Shown: piece after piece, positions 1-7,609 of the stretch
Layout: every line of letters starts with the position of its first letter
How positions within the stretch are numbered: the stretch's first letter is position 1
Source of the DNA: Candidatus Micrarchaeota archaeon
GTDB taxonomy: Archaea > Micrarchaeota > Micrarchaeia > Anstonellales > Anstonellaceae
NCBI GenBank assembly: GCA_043810635.1
Contig: JBDRNY010000013.1
Span: 1 to 11,854, forward strand
Direction of reading: 5' to 3'
DNA: 11,854 bases
Position numbers and translations under genes: made by a program
The notes under the pieces: model-generated
What the model saw: the letters and a program-made list of their open reading frames with translations, nothing else
What the model was told of the DNA's origin: nothing
The model's database searches: none

Positions 1-440
1 CCAATCAATTCAGGAGGCTCTATTGCAATATAAGTAGGCTTAAATTGCGCCAATTGCGCGCTTTCCTGCACATCTTTTGCGCAAACCATGCTTTCCAACC
101 CACTCTCTTTCAGCGCTTCCACAGCCACCTTAATATTCTCATGATTAATTCTTTTTTCAGAATGATTAATCAAACTCCCTTTCACGCCCGCCCCAAGAAG
201 CATTTTTGCAGTAATCGAGCCTGTATGCGCCCCCGGCGCATTTCCGTCAATATGCTGTGCAAATATCTCCCCCCCAATTTTCACAGCTTCCCTAAGAAGC
301 AATGGATTTGGGCAGGAAATTATCCTCACACCCGTATTTTCACCTACCTGCTTTGCAATTTTGCACAATTGCAATCCACTCTCTCCATAAGATTTTTCAT
401 ATGTTTTCAAATTCAGTGCTATAAACGGTTTGTCTGCCAT
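1..440 (-). CDS. tpiA: Triosephosphate isomerase, archaeal type (partial; C-terminus runs off the window)
   Basis: Not in the ORF track. Manual translation from ATG at 440: MADKPFIALNLKTYEKSYG...FAQHIDGNAPGAHTGS...GSLINHSEKR...YIAIEPPELIG, containing the catalytic Lys (NLKTY), His (NHSE) and Glu (IEPPELIG) motifs of archaeal TIM. Confidence 0.96.
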   Translation of the reverse strand, partial: MADKPFIALNLKTYEKSYGESGLQLCKIAKQVGENTGVRIISCPNPLLLREAVKIGGEIFAQHIDGNAPGAHTGSITAKMLLGAGVKGSLINHSEKRINHENIKVAVEALKESGLESMVCAKDVQESAQLAQFKPTYIAIEPPELI

Positions 441-477
441 ATCGCAATTTAACACATCTAATATTAAAAAGCAGATC

Positions 478-520
478 CTGAATGCTTTGCATTCAGTCTC
501 TCCAAGCCGTGCGCGGCTTG
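478..520. repeat. Two tandem perfect hairpins just downstream of tRNA-Ser
   Basis: CTGAATGC-TTT-GCATTCAG (478-496) and CAAGCCG-TGCG-CGGCTTG (503-520). Function unknown. Confidence 0.7.
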
Positions 521-524
521 AAGA

Positions 525-665
525 CGCCGAGGGCAGGATTCGAACCTGCAATTCCGTAAGGAACTAGTTTGCTCGCGGGTTTTCTTTTTCCCTGAAGGCT
601 TTTTCTTTTCCAAAAGAAAAAGGCTTCTTCGAGACTAGCGCACTACCAGGTTATGCGACCTCGGC
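525..665 (-). tRNA. tRNA-Ser(CGA) with a 58-nt intron at 37/38 (intron 570-627)
   Basis: Acceptor GCCGAGG/CCTCGGC with G73, anticodon stem CTAGT/ACTAG, anticodon CGA (631-629), long variable arm TTCC-TTAC-GGAA, T arm GCAGG-TTCGAAT-CCTGC. BHB central helix CTCG/CGAG with bulges AA^G and CA^A. Confidence 0.95.
580..622. repeat. Mirror+inverted repeat (triplex-type) element, copy 1, in the tRNA-Ser intron
   Basis: TTTTCTTTTTC (580-590), linker CCTGAAGG, exact mirror CTTTTTCTTTT (599-609), CC, exact reverse complement AAAAGAAAAAG (612-622). Confidence 0.9.
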
Positions 666-690
666 AAATAGACATATTATAGTTTAGCAC

Positions 691-698
691 TATTTAAA
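691..698 (-). promoter_or_regulatory. Putative TATA box of tRNA-Ser
   Basis: TTTAAATA on the minus strand, 26-33 nt upstream of the tRNA 5' end. Confidence 0.6.
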
Positions 699-715
699 TC
701 GAATTCTTTTGGCCT

Positions 716-1105
716 CTAATAAACCTTAATCACTTCGCACCCTTCATCCACTTCAATAAAATGGTGCGCAATTCCTTTTCTAAATGCATCACACTGGTTT
801 TCCTGCATATTATCCACATCTTCCCTCGGAGAATGCGCAACATCACACACCCAATCCTTATTTTGTTCCATTGGATTCAGAAGGCAGGGGCCGGCAGACA
901 AATCCTGCCCTTCTCCAAATGCTGCATGGCATGCATTAACACATTCTTCTTCCGGGGAAAAAGAAACTCCTGTTGGCTGAACAAATGAAGGCTGTTTGGT
1001 AGGAATTGTTAGTCCATCAAAAGATTGCGGAGTGGTATTTTCCTGCACACACCCTGTTGAAATTAAAAGCACTCCAATTATTGCAGAAAATATGATTTCC
1101 CTCAC
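716..1105 (-). CDS. Putative lipoprotein/secreted Cys-rich protein
   Basis: Likely GTG start at 1105 after a GGTGG SD; the track start at 1201 overlaps sod. Signal peptide with lipobox-like ISTGC, a Pro/Thr linker, then a domain with 6 Cys (CVNAC, GPCL, WVCDVAHSPR, NQC, GC). Confidence 0.75.
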   Translation of the reverse strand: MREIIFSAIIGVLLISTGCVQENTTPQSFDGLTIPTKQPSFVQPTGVSFSPEEECVNACHAAFGEGQDLSAGPCLLNPMEQNKDWVCDVAHSPREDVDNMQENQCDAFRKGIAHHFIEVDEGCEVIKVY

Positions 1106-1178
1106 AAATGCCACCACATTTTCTTCTTTAGCAAAGTTTATATTCTTCCCAATGGCTGATATCTCAGGTGTGGTTTGA

Positions 1179-1763
1179 ATGAAAAAATACTCATTGCCCA
1201 AATTAGATTATGGATATAATGCATTAGAGCCTGTAATTTCTTCCAAAATAATGGAATTGCATTATTCCAAGCACCATGCCGCCTATGTAAAAGGCACAAA
1301 TGCTGCAATAGAAGAATTGGAAAAAATAAGAAACAACAATTCAACAGCTTCCACTCCGGACATTTTGCGAAAGCTTTCGTTTAATTTAAACGGCCATATT
1401 TTGCATGATTTATTTTGGAAAAACATGTGCCCTCCGAAAGAGGATAATGCTCCGGAAGGGAAAATATTAGATGCAATAAATTCCAATTTCAATTCATTTG
1501 AAGCATTTCAAAAGCAATTTTCAGATGCTGCAATAAGTGTTGAAGGGAGCGGATGGGCTGCATTGGCAACAGACGGAAAAGAAAATCTGCTTCTCACTCA
1601 AATTGAAAAGCATAATTTGATGCATATTGCAGGATACGCTCCAATTTTAGTATTAGATGTTTGGGAACATGCCTACTACTTAGATTATCAAAACAAACGC
1701 CCTGAATTTGTAAAAAATTTCTGGAAAGCAGTTAATTGGCAGGATGTTGAAAAACGCCTCTAA
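1179..1763 (+). CDS. sod: Fe/Mn superoxide dismutase
   Basis: LPKLDYGYNALEP, HYSKHHAAYV, GHILHDLFW, GSGW and the DVWEHAYY signature. SD-like AGGTGTGG upstream. Confidence 0.98.
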   Translation: MKKYSLPKLDYGYNALEPVISSKIMELHYSKHHAAYVKGTNAAIEELEKIRNNNSTASTPDILRKLSFNLNGHILHDLFWKNMCPPKEDNAPEGKILDAINSNFNSFEAFQKQFSDAAISVEGSGWAALATDGKENLLLTQIEKHNLMHIAGYAPILVLDVWEHAYYLDYQNKRPEFVKNFWKAVNWQDVEKRL

Positions 1764-3022
1764 ACTTTTGCATTAAGCCTTGATAATTTGCATTTTGTTT
1801 TTTCAAACACGCCAAGCAAATCATTGTAAGGAATTGCCTTCTTTTTTTCAGCATTTGCCTTCTTCTGCTTTTCCTCTTTCCAAATTTCCTCGGCTTTTCT
1901 ATAATATTCTTTTGCTTTTGCAGCATTTCCAAACGCTTGGTAGCATTTTGCCATCAAATAATAAGCAGGCGCATAATTAATCTCTATATTAATCGCCTCT
2001 TTCAAACATTTAATCGCCTTTCTATACTCTTTTTTATACTCATAATAAAATTTCCCCTTGTTAAATAATGCAAACGCATTTTCAGGGGCTGTTTTTACTG
2101 CTTTTTCAAAATCTTTAATTGCCTTCCCTGTTTTCCTCAATTTCATATTTGCCATTCCCTTAAACACATAATTATCTGAAATAAATTTGTTTAATTTTGA
2201 TTCCACCACTTTCCCCGCACTTACAGCGCTTCCCCTGTATTTTTCAAATATTTTAATTGCTTTTTCCAAATTTTGGTATGATTTTGCATATTCCCCCAAT
2301 ACATAATACGCCCTTCCTTTCTGGGCATACGCTTCCCCTAATTTCCATATTCTTTCTTTTCCTGCATAATTTGAAATTTCCACAGCATTGCTTCGCCCTT
2401 CTTTTTCGGCTTTGAAATTTTTTCCTTCTGCAAAATATCTCAAATTCCGCCCTTCCTTTCCAAATGCAGGCACATTTTCATATTTGTATTCCACACCATC
2501 AGTATTTTCAATATATTCAATTGCAGGCAAAATTAACTTCTCATTTTTCAATAAATGAAATTCCGGCATTTCTTTTGCTTCAATTCTTCCCTCATTTATT
2601 ATTTCATATGCAAAATATTCAGCGTTTGGCAGTATTCCGTCATTTTTTATTTCCAATCCAAAAATTTCCCCAGCCAGCTCTTCCCTCTTATTCCCTTCAA
2701 TTTTCACCGGCACATCCAAAACAAATTCTGGTTTCACAATTTCCTCTTTTGCATAATAATCTGTTGAAAAAAGAGAATCCATATTCCAGCCGAATAATTC
2801 CTGCATCCATTTGCTTTCTTCCTCTTTTTCCTCAAGCAAAGAAGAAACAGTTGTCATATCGCTTGTGCTAGCCCTGTCATTTCCATTATACATAATCCTC
2901 CTGTATTTGCCTGCCCCTTTTCCAATATGGGACCAGCTGCAGCCTGTGCTAACCTTTCCCCCCTTCCTTGAATTAAACCAGGCTCCAGGCATCCAAACTT
3001 GGATTGAATATAATTCTGCCAT
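1760..3022 (-). CDS. Protein with C-terminal tetratricopeptide repeats and an unrecognised N-terminal region
   Basis: TPR-like units (AYAQKGRAYYVLGEYAKSYQNLEKAIKI; KAIKDFEKAVKTAPENAFALFNKG; YAPAYYLMAKCYQAFGNAAKAKEYYRKA). AGGTAG upstream. Overlaps the sod stop convergently by 4 nt. Confidence 0.82.
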   Translation of the reverse strand: MAELYSIQVWMPGAWFNSRKGGKVSTGCSWSHIGKGAGKYRRIMYNGNDRASTSDMTTVSSLLEEKEEESKWMQELFGWNMDSLFSTDYYAKEEIVKPEFVLDVPVKIEGNKREELAGEIFGLEIKNDGILPNAEYFAYEIINEGRIEAKEMPEFHLLKNEKLILPAIEYIENTDGVEYKYENVPAFGKEGRNLRYFAEGKNFKAEKEGRSNAVEISNYAGKERIWKLGEAYAQKGRAYYVLGEYAKSYQNLEKAIKIFEKYRGSAVSAGKVVESKLNKFISDNYVFKGMANMKLRKTGKAIKDFEKAVKTAPENAFALFNKGKFYYEYKKEYRKAIKCLKEAINIEINYAPAYYLMAKCYQAFGNAAKAKEYYRKAEEIWKEEKQKKANAEKKKAIPYNDLLGVFEKTKCKLSRLNAKV

Positions 3023-3240
3023 ACACTACCTGCCAACTTTTTTACAAATAATTAACTTCGTCTTTATTTATAAGCATAGCTTTTTTTCTACGTCAAAACC
3101 CGTGAATTCCGTACACATGCTGACAAATTTTACAAAAAATAAGGAAAAATAAGGCAAGAAAACTTATTATGGAACTTCAATCAATCTCAAAAAACATAAG
3201 GTTAACCGCCAAAACAACACCTACAAAATTGTAATACTCC

Positions 3241-3729
3241 TCAGTTTTGCCTACGAAATATAACATAGAGGACGATTAACAATAATATTATGGGGAAACA
3301 ACACAGTCTAACTGCCCATGTTATTGTATCATGTGTTAAACCATATAACCCACCAGACCAAAGAACTCCGCCCCCACCAAACAGTAATACAATTATTATC
3401 CCCACAACGCAGAGTATAATGAAGTGCATCATATCCTTTAGCAGACTGGGGAGTGTTGGAATAGTGTATTCAAAGATATCTCCATACCAACTCCCAGTGG
3501 TTCTCGCCAACCACTTATGATGTCTAAGGTGTGCTGTTTGACTTGCGAATAGTTTTAGATTGTTAGGATGATAGTTCAGTGGATTGCCATCAATATGGTG
3601 CACAACTTCTTTTTGTGTTAGACTTCTCCCTATCTTCTTTGACATCACCCAGCGATGAACCAACATATCCGTATCTTTGAAACGAGGGTATCCATCATCA
3701 TCAATATACATAGATTCTTGGTCAAGCAT
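3241..3729 (-). CDS. HNH endonuclease domain fused to two C-terminal transmembrane helices
   Basis: VHRWVM...EVVHHIDGNPLNYHPNNL...HLRHH matches the beta-beta-alpha-Me HNH (HNH_3-like) pattern. It is followed by two hydrophobic segments (FIILCVVGIIIVLLF; LCCFPIILLLIVLYVIF). Confidence 0.85.
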   Translation of the reverse strand: MLDQESMYIDDDGYPRFKDTDMLVHRWVMSKKIGRSLTQKEVVHHIDGNPLNYHPNNLKLFASQTAHLRHHKWLARTTGSWYGDIFEYTIPTLPSLLKDMMHFIILCVVGIIIVLLFGGGGVLWSGGLYGLTHDTITWAVRLCCFPIILLLIVLYVIFRRQN

Positions 3730-3819
3730 ATACTATATTACAAATTAAAGCCGTATAAAAGGCTCGCATACTGGCGAAAGACTTAAATGTGTTGAAAAAC
3801 TCATTTAATTGGTGTAATT

Positions 3820-4080
3820 ATGGGATTTTTTGATTTCGTTACCAACTTTGTCAAAATAATAGGGATAATGGCTTTTGTGGTAATATCAGGGTTGGTTGGA
3901 TTTGCGATTCTTGTTTTAGGTTCTCTTGTGTTTATTGGGATGGGTGATTCTTTAGGTTGTATATTTGTAGTAATAGGTTCGTTAACATTACTTTTTGCTT
4001 ATTATATTCGTGAAAAATACATAATGCAAGCTGGTGGAGGAAACCATCATCGTGGAAGAAATAGAAGACGGTGGAACTAA
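3820..4080 (+). CDS. Small membrane protein (about 2 TM helices) with an Arg-rich C-terminal tail
   Basis: GGTG SD before the ATG, long hydrophobic stretches, C-terminus HHRGRNRRRWN. Confidence 0.75.
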   Translation: MGFFDFVTNFVKIIGIMAFVVISGLVGFAILVLGSLVFIGMGDSLGCIFVVIGSLTLLFAYYIREKYIMQAGGGNHHRGRNRRRWN

Positions 4081-4226
4081 TCCATCCTTGCCCTCTTTTT
4101 TCTCTCCGCTAGCTCCTGCTCATCCTTGAGAATCTGTGCTTTCACCTGCTCCCGTTCCCATTGATGTGCCTCGTGGTCAGGCACTACAATATTGCGAATC
4201 CATTTTGAGATGTCCTTAGTGTTCAT
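4077..4226 (-). CDS. Possible small charged hypothetical protein (49 aa, MNTKDISKWIRN...)
   Basis: Internal ATG at 4226 of track ORF 4077..4358, chosen because it avoids the tRNA fragment. Helical, charged composition; no motif. Confidence 0.35.
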   Translation of the reverse strand: MNTKDISKWIRNIVVPDHEAHQWEREQVKAQILKDEQELAERKKRARMD

Positions 4227-4253
4227 AAAAAGAGATAGGTATAGTTTATACAG

Positions 4254-4289
4254 AGCCCCCGGTGAGATTTGAACTCTCGACTTCCTGTT
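4254..4289 (-). pseudogene. Orphan tRNA 3' exon (positions 38-73, Thr-like, U73)
   Basis: 33/36 identical to 5594-5629. Reads A-ACAGG-AAGTC-GAGAG-TTCAAAT-CTCAC-CGGGGGC-T, with one T-stem mismatch. Similarity stops exactly at position 38. Confidence 0.85.
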
Positions 4290-4293
4290 GTCC

Positions 4294-4317
4294 TGCAGTA
4301 TGCTTTCGCATCCTGCA
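4294..4317 (-). repeat. GAAA-tetraloop hairpin immediately upstream of the orphan 3' exon
   Basis: Minus strand TGCAG-G-ATGC-GAAA-GCAT-A-CTGCA. Confidence 0.7.
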
Positions 4318-4358
4318 CATAAACCATTTATCCCGCTTTTGACGGTTTTGCATATCAC

Positions 4359-5555
4359 TCATTTTTTGATTCCAAAAAAAGATGCAATTTTCGAAAGCAG
4401 GCCATCCTCTTCTTCTATGCTATCCTTTTCTTTTTTTTCCTCCGCGCTTGCATGCAGGAGTTCTGTTAGGGACTCAATCTTCTCTAATTCAGCCTCCAGT
4501 GCATTCCTCGAATATCCTGAAAGCTCTTTTCTCATTCTTTCAATCTTTTTCTTTTTTTCATATTCCTCCTTGCAGGAATGCCCTTCTTTTCTAAGAAGCC
4601 TTATCTGCATGACAACATCCTTTGCACCCTCTATTTTTTTTGCATAATAATCCATGGTTTTTTCATCATCAACCGGCAGAAAGCCAATCTGTTTAATATC
4701 ATTTAGGGCTTCAAACCATTTTTTGTTGGACAGGATTACACTTTTGAATCTTGATGCCTCAGGGCAGACATGCAAAATCTTTTTTTCACTATAGCCAAAC
4801 AGCTTGCAGATCTGGCCCGCATTGTATTTTCCAAGTTCCGGATATTCTAAAAAGAAAATGCGCATCTTGTCAATTTCCTCCTTTTTTGGCACAACCTGAA
4901 AATAATCCTTCAAGGAGTCCGCATCCTCAAGCAGCTTAGTTATCTGCTCTGAAGCCAGGGAAGAGTAGTATCTCTGCCTGATCTGTTCAAGTTTTTTCAA
5001 ATTCTTTAGTAATTCTTCGTACTTGCGGGCTTTCTCAAGGTCAACAGTCTGTGTTTTCACAATGGACATATTCTCCATTATTTCCTTTATCCTGTGCCGC
5101 TCTTTTCTAAATTCTCTGTCGATTTTTTCCATTTGCTTTTCTGCTTCTTCATATTCCGCATTTATCTGCATTATTTTCTGAAAATAATCAAATTCTTGTT
5201 TTGCATTCGGCATCTTGTTACTTTTTATCAGTTTTGTGACTGAAATGATTTTTCTGCCAACGCTCTCTGTTATGCTTCCGCCTTTAAATTCCTTTACAAC
5301 CTCCCCCTCGAAATTTATCAGATTCTTTGAGAGCCGGACGCCTCTTTTTGCGATTTTTATTTTTGTGTTTATGTGCAGGTTTTTCCTGTCCTCTCCCGTC
5401 TCATGATAGAATTCAATATTTTCCATCAGCCCCTTAAGATGTTTGGAAAGTTTTATGATTGTGGGGATTTGTTCTTCTCCGATTTCCTTTATTTCTTTCT
5501 CCAAATCCAGGTGCTTTTTTCTAAACTCTGCTATTTCCTCCTTGTCCATCATCAA
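4359..5555 (-). CDS. Hypothetical Lys/Glu-rich coiled-coil protein
   Basis: 398-aa open frame with an AGGAG SD upstream and helical/heptad composition. No catalytic motif recognised; the true start may be ATG 5552 or 5549. Confidence 0.8.
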   Translation of the reverse strand: MMMDKEEIAEFRKKHLDLEKEIKEIGEEQIPTIIKLSKHLKGLMENIEFYHETGEDRKNLHINTKIKIAKRGVRLSKNLINFEGEVVKEFKGGSITESVGRKIISVTKLIKSNKMPNAKQEFDYFQKIMQINAEYEEAEKQMEKIDREFRKERHRIKEIMENMSIVKTQTVDLEKARKYEELLKNLKKLEQIRQRYYSSLASEQITKLLEDADSLKDYFQVVPKKEEIDKMRIFFLEYPELGKYNAGQICKLFGYSEKKILHVCPEASRFKSVILSNKKWFEALNDIKQIGFLPVDDEKTMDYYAKKIEGAKDVVMQIRLLRKEGHSCKEEYEKKKKIERMRKELSGYSRNALEAELEKIESLTELLHASAEEKKEKDSIEEEDGLLSKIASFFGIKK

Positions 5556-5593
5556 AATCGCTCCTGTTCATTTGCTATTTAACTCAATTCAAA

Positions 5594-5741
5594 AGCCCCC
5601 GGAGAGATTTGAACTCTCGGCTTCTTGTTCTCCCGAAAGAAGAGACAAAGCGTCTCTTTCTTTTTCCAGAGTTTTTCTTTCTCCGCAAAGAGAAAGAAAA
5701 AGCCTTACGAGACAAGCACTCTACCGCTGAGTTACGAGGGC
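5594..5741 (-). tRNA. tRNA-Thr(CGT) with a 76-nt intron at 37/38 (intron 5630-5705)
   Basis: Acceptor GCCCTCG/CGGGGGC with U73, D arm ACTC-AGCGGTA-GAGT, anticodon stem CTTGT/ACAAG, anticodon CGT (5709-5707), T arm GAGAG-TTCAAAT-CTCTC. BHB helix CTCG/CGGG with bulges TA^A and AG^A. Confidence 0.95.
5654..5701. repeat. Mirror+inverted repeat element, copy 2, in the tRNA-Thr intron
   Basis: CTCTTTCTTTTT (5654-5665), linker CCAGAG, exact mirror TTTTTCTTTCTC (5672-5683), CGCAAA, exact reverse complement GAGAAAGAAAAA (5690-5701). Confidence 0.9.
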
Positions 5742-5774
5742 ATATATCCATATATAATATTCTGCTCTTTTATC

Positions 5775-5823
5775 TTTTTCTTTTTGAACCCTGGGGCTTT
5801 TTTCTTTTTAGGAAAAAGAAAAA
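5775..5823. repeat. Mirror+inverted repeat element, copy 3, next to the orphan tRNA 5' fragment
   Basis: TTTTTCTTTTT (5775-5785), linker GAACCCTGGGGCT, TTTTTCTTTTT (5799-5809), AGG, AAAAAGAAAAA (5813-5823). The tract is self-symmetric, so mirror and direct repeat cannot be told apart in this copy. Confidence 0.85.
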
Positions 5824-5830
5824 GGGGCCA

Positions 5831-5849
5831 ACCGCTGAGTTACAGGGGC
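5831..5849 (-). pseudogene. Orphan tRNA 5' fragment (acceptor 5' strand to D-loop)
   Basis: GCCCCTGTAACTCAGCGGT, 17/19 identical to the start of tRNA-Thr (5741-5723). GCCCCTG can still pair with CGGGGGC. Confidence 0.75.
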
Positions 5850-5893
5850 TTGCAGTAATTATTTTATGCTAATTAGTTAAAATTGCTTGCACC

Positions 5894-6913
5894 CTATTTT
5901 TTTACCAAATTTGTGCTTTTTCCCCTCAAAAACCTTTCAATATTCATTAAAGTAGTATCCAATATTCTTTGCAATGCTTCCTGGGAATTAAATGCGTTGT
6001 GCGGAGTGACAATTACATTTCTTCTCAAAAGAAGCATATGTGTTGCAATAACCGCCTTCAAATCACACGCTTTCTTAAAATCCGGGGAAAGCAGCTGGCT
6101 TTCCTCTTTAATTGCGCACTCATCTTCCAATACATCAATTCCAGCGCCTGCAATTTTTCCTTTATCCAATGCCCGAAGCAATGCTTTTGTATCCACAAGC
6201 GAGCCCCGCGCAGTATTTATCAAATAACTTTCATTTTGCATTTTAGAAATTGTTTTATCATTAATCATATGCCTTGTTTTTTCATTTAACGGGCAATGCA
6301 ATGAAACAATTTTTGATTTTCTTAGCAAAGTATCCATGGAATTAACTTTTTTCGCGCCCCATTTTTTCATCTCTTTTGCATTTGTGAAAGGGTCATAGGC
6401 AATTACTTTCATTCCAAAAGAATTTGCCATTTTGCTTACATGCCTTCCAATTTTCCCAAATCCGATTATGCCGAGAGTTTTCCCTTCCAAATCAAATGTT
6501 CTTAATCCTGCCAATTCAAAATTTCCTGCGCGCGTATTCAATACGCTTTTTACCAGTTTTTTGGAAAGCCCCATAATTAATGCAATTGTATGCTCTGCAA
6601 CAGTTTCAGAGCCGTATTCAGGCACATTGCATACCTTAATTCCCCTCTTTTTGCACTCTTGCAAATCTATATGGTCAAACCCGGTAGAGCGGGTTGCTAT
6701 TAATTTGCATTTTTTCCATTTATCCAGCTCTTTTTTTGCAATTTGCGAATAAATAAACACAGAAACTATTTGCGCATCTTTTGCTTTTCTGTAATTTGCT
6801 GCATTTATCGGCCCGCGCGAAAAAATTAATTTATGCTTTTTCAATTTTTTCTTGAAATACTCCTTTTCCCAATTTCCCAATTCAAAAAATGCAATTTTCG
6901 CCAAACTTTCCAC
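5894..6913 (-). CDS. D-isomer-specific 2-hydroxyacid dehydrogenase (D-lactate dehydrogenase-like)
   Basis: RSTGFDHID, NVPEY, VAEH, GIIGFGKIG Rossmann motif, SLHCPL, INTARG, DVLEDE, TPHNAF. Confidence 0.95.
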   Translation of the reverse strand: MESLAKIAFFELGNWEKEYFKKKLKKHKLIFSRGPINAANYRKAKDAQIVSVFIYSQIAKKELDKWKKCKLIATRSTGFDHIDLQECKKRGIKVCNVPEYGSETVAEHTIALIMGLSKKLVKSVLNTRAGNFELAGLRTFDLEGKTLGIIGFGKIGRHVSKMANSFGMKVIAYDPFTNAKEMKKWGAKKVNSMDTLLRKSKIVSLHCPLNEKTRHMINDKTISKMQNESYLINTARGSLVDTKALLRALDKGKIAGAGIDVLEDECAIKEESQLLSPDFKKACDLKAVIATHMLLLRRNVIVTPHNAFNSQEALQRILDTTLMNIERFLRGKSTNLVKK

Positions 6914-6922
6914 CCAGCTTAT

Positions 6923-7501
6923 TTACAATACAAATTCCACCCATTCGCAGTTTTTAAGCCTGTAGTTCCACAATTTCGGGGGTTTTATTTTTGCAATTAA
7001 ATTTATGCATGCAACAGAAAATATTCCGTGGGAAATTGCAACCACTTTTTTGCCTTTATACTTTCTCTTAATTTCCCTCATAGCTTTCCCTGCCCTTTTC
7101 TTAGTATCTTCCCAGCTTTCCCCTCCGGGCACTTTTTTTAGAAAATGGCTTTTTCTCCCGTTTTCATAATCAAAAAAATAATCAGGGTATTTATGCTTTA
7201 ATTTTGCCGCACTCTTTCCTGTCCAGTCTCCCAAATCATGCTCTTTAATCAAATCAAATTTCCTTGCTTTCATTCCAAATTTCTCTTCAAAATATTTTGC
7301 AGTCTGAAATGTTCTTTTCATAGGGCTTGTCAGAAGCACATCTGGCTTAAATTTCCATTCACGCGCCAATCTGGCCCCGTCTTTTCTCCCTTTTGCTGTA
7401 AGCGGAACATCCCTCCTGCTTCCGTTTAAAATATGCAGCCTGTTTCCGCCCGCCCGCGCATGCCTTACAAGCCAAATATGCAGTTTTTTCGCCCCATTCA
7501 T
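6923..7501 (-). CDS. Histidine phosphatase / phosphoglycerate mutase family protein
   Basis: LVRHA, DVPLTAKG, SPMKRTFQTA, EHDLGDWTG, PGGES, ISHG. Confidence 0.93.
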   Translation of the reverse strand: MNGAKKLHIWLVRHARAGGNRLHILNGSRRDVPLTAKGRKDGARLAREWKFKPDVLLTSPMKRTFQTAKYFEEKFGMKARKFDLIKEHDLGDWTGKSAAKLKHKYPDYFFDYENGRKSHFLKKVPGGESWEDTKKRAGKAMREIKRKYKGKKVVAISHGIFSVACINLIAKIKPPKLWNYRLKNCEWVEFVL

Positions 7502-7609
7502 AGTTGAGCTTATCTCCCATAATTATATAAATATAATTTGCTTATTTTATTACTAATTCTGCTTTAGATTATACACTGAAAGCAGTTATTTTGCATGAGG
7601 TTTGTGTTT

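Noticed and set aside
45..452. 135-aa plus-strand ORF from the track
   Set aside because: Antisense shadow of tpiA, which has clear catalytic motifs on the minus strand.
4077..4358. Full 93-aa ORF with a CAGC motif
   Set aside because: Its 5' half runs through the hairpin and tRNA fragment; only the part from ATG 4226 is plausible.
4254..5629. Intact integrative element or provirus between att-like tRNA repeats
   Set aside because: Only one coiled-coil ORF lies between the repeats and I saw no integrase motifs; at most a remnant.
5443..5872. ORFs 5443-5730, 5609-5872 and 5625-5858
   Set aside because: They are antisense to tRNA-Thr and the repeat elements; the Phe/Lys runs come from T/A tracts.
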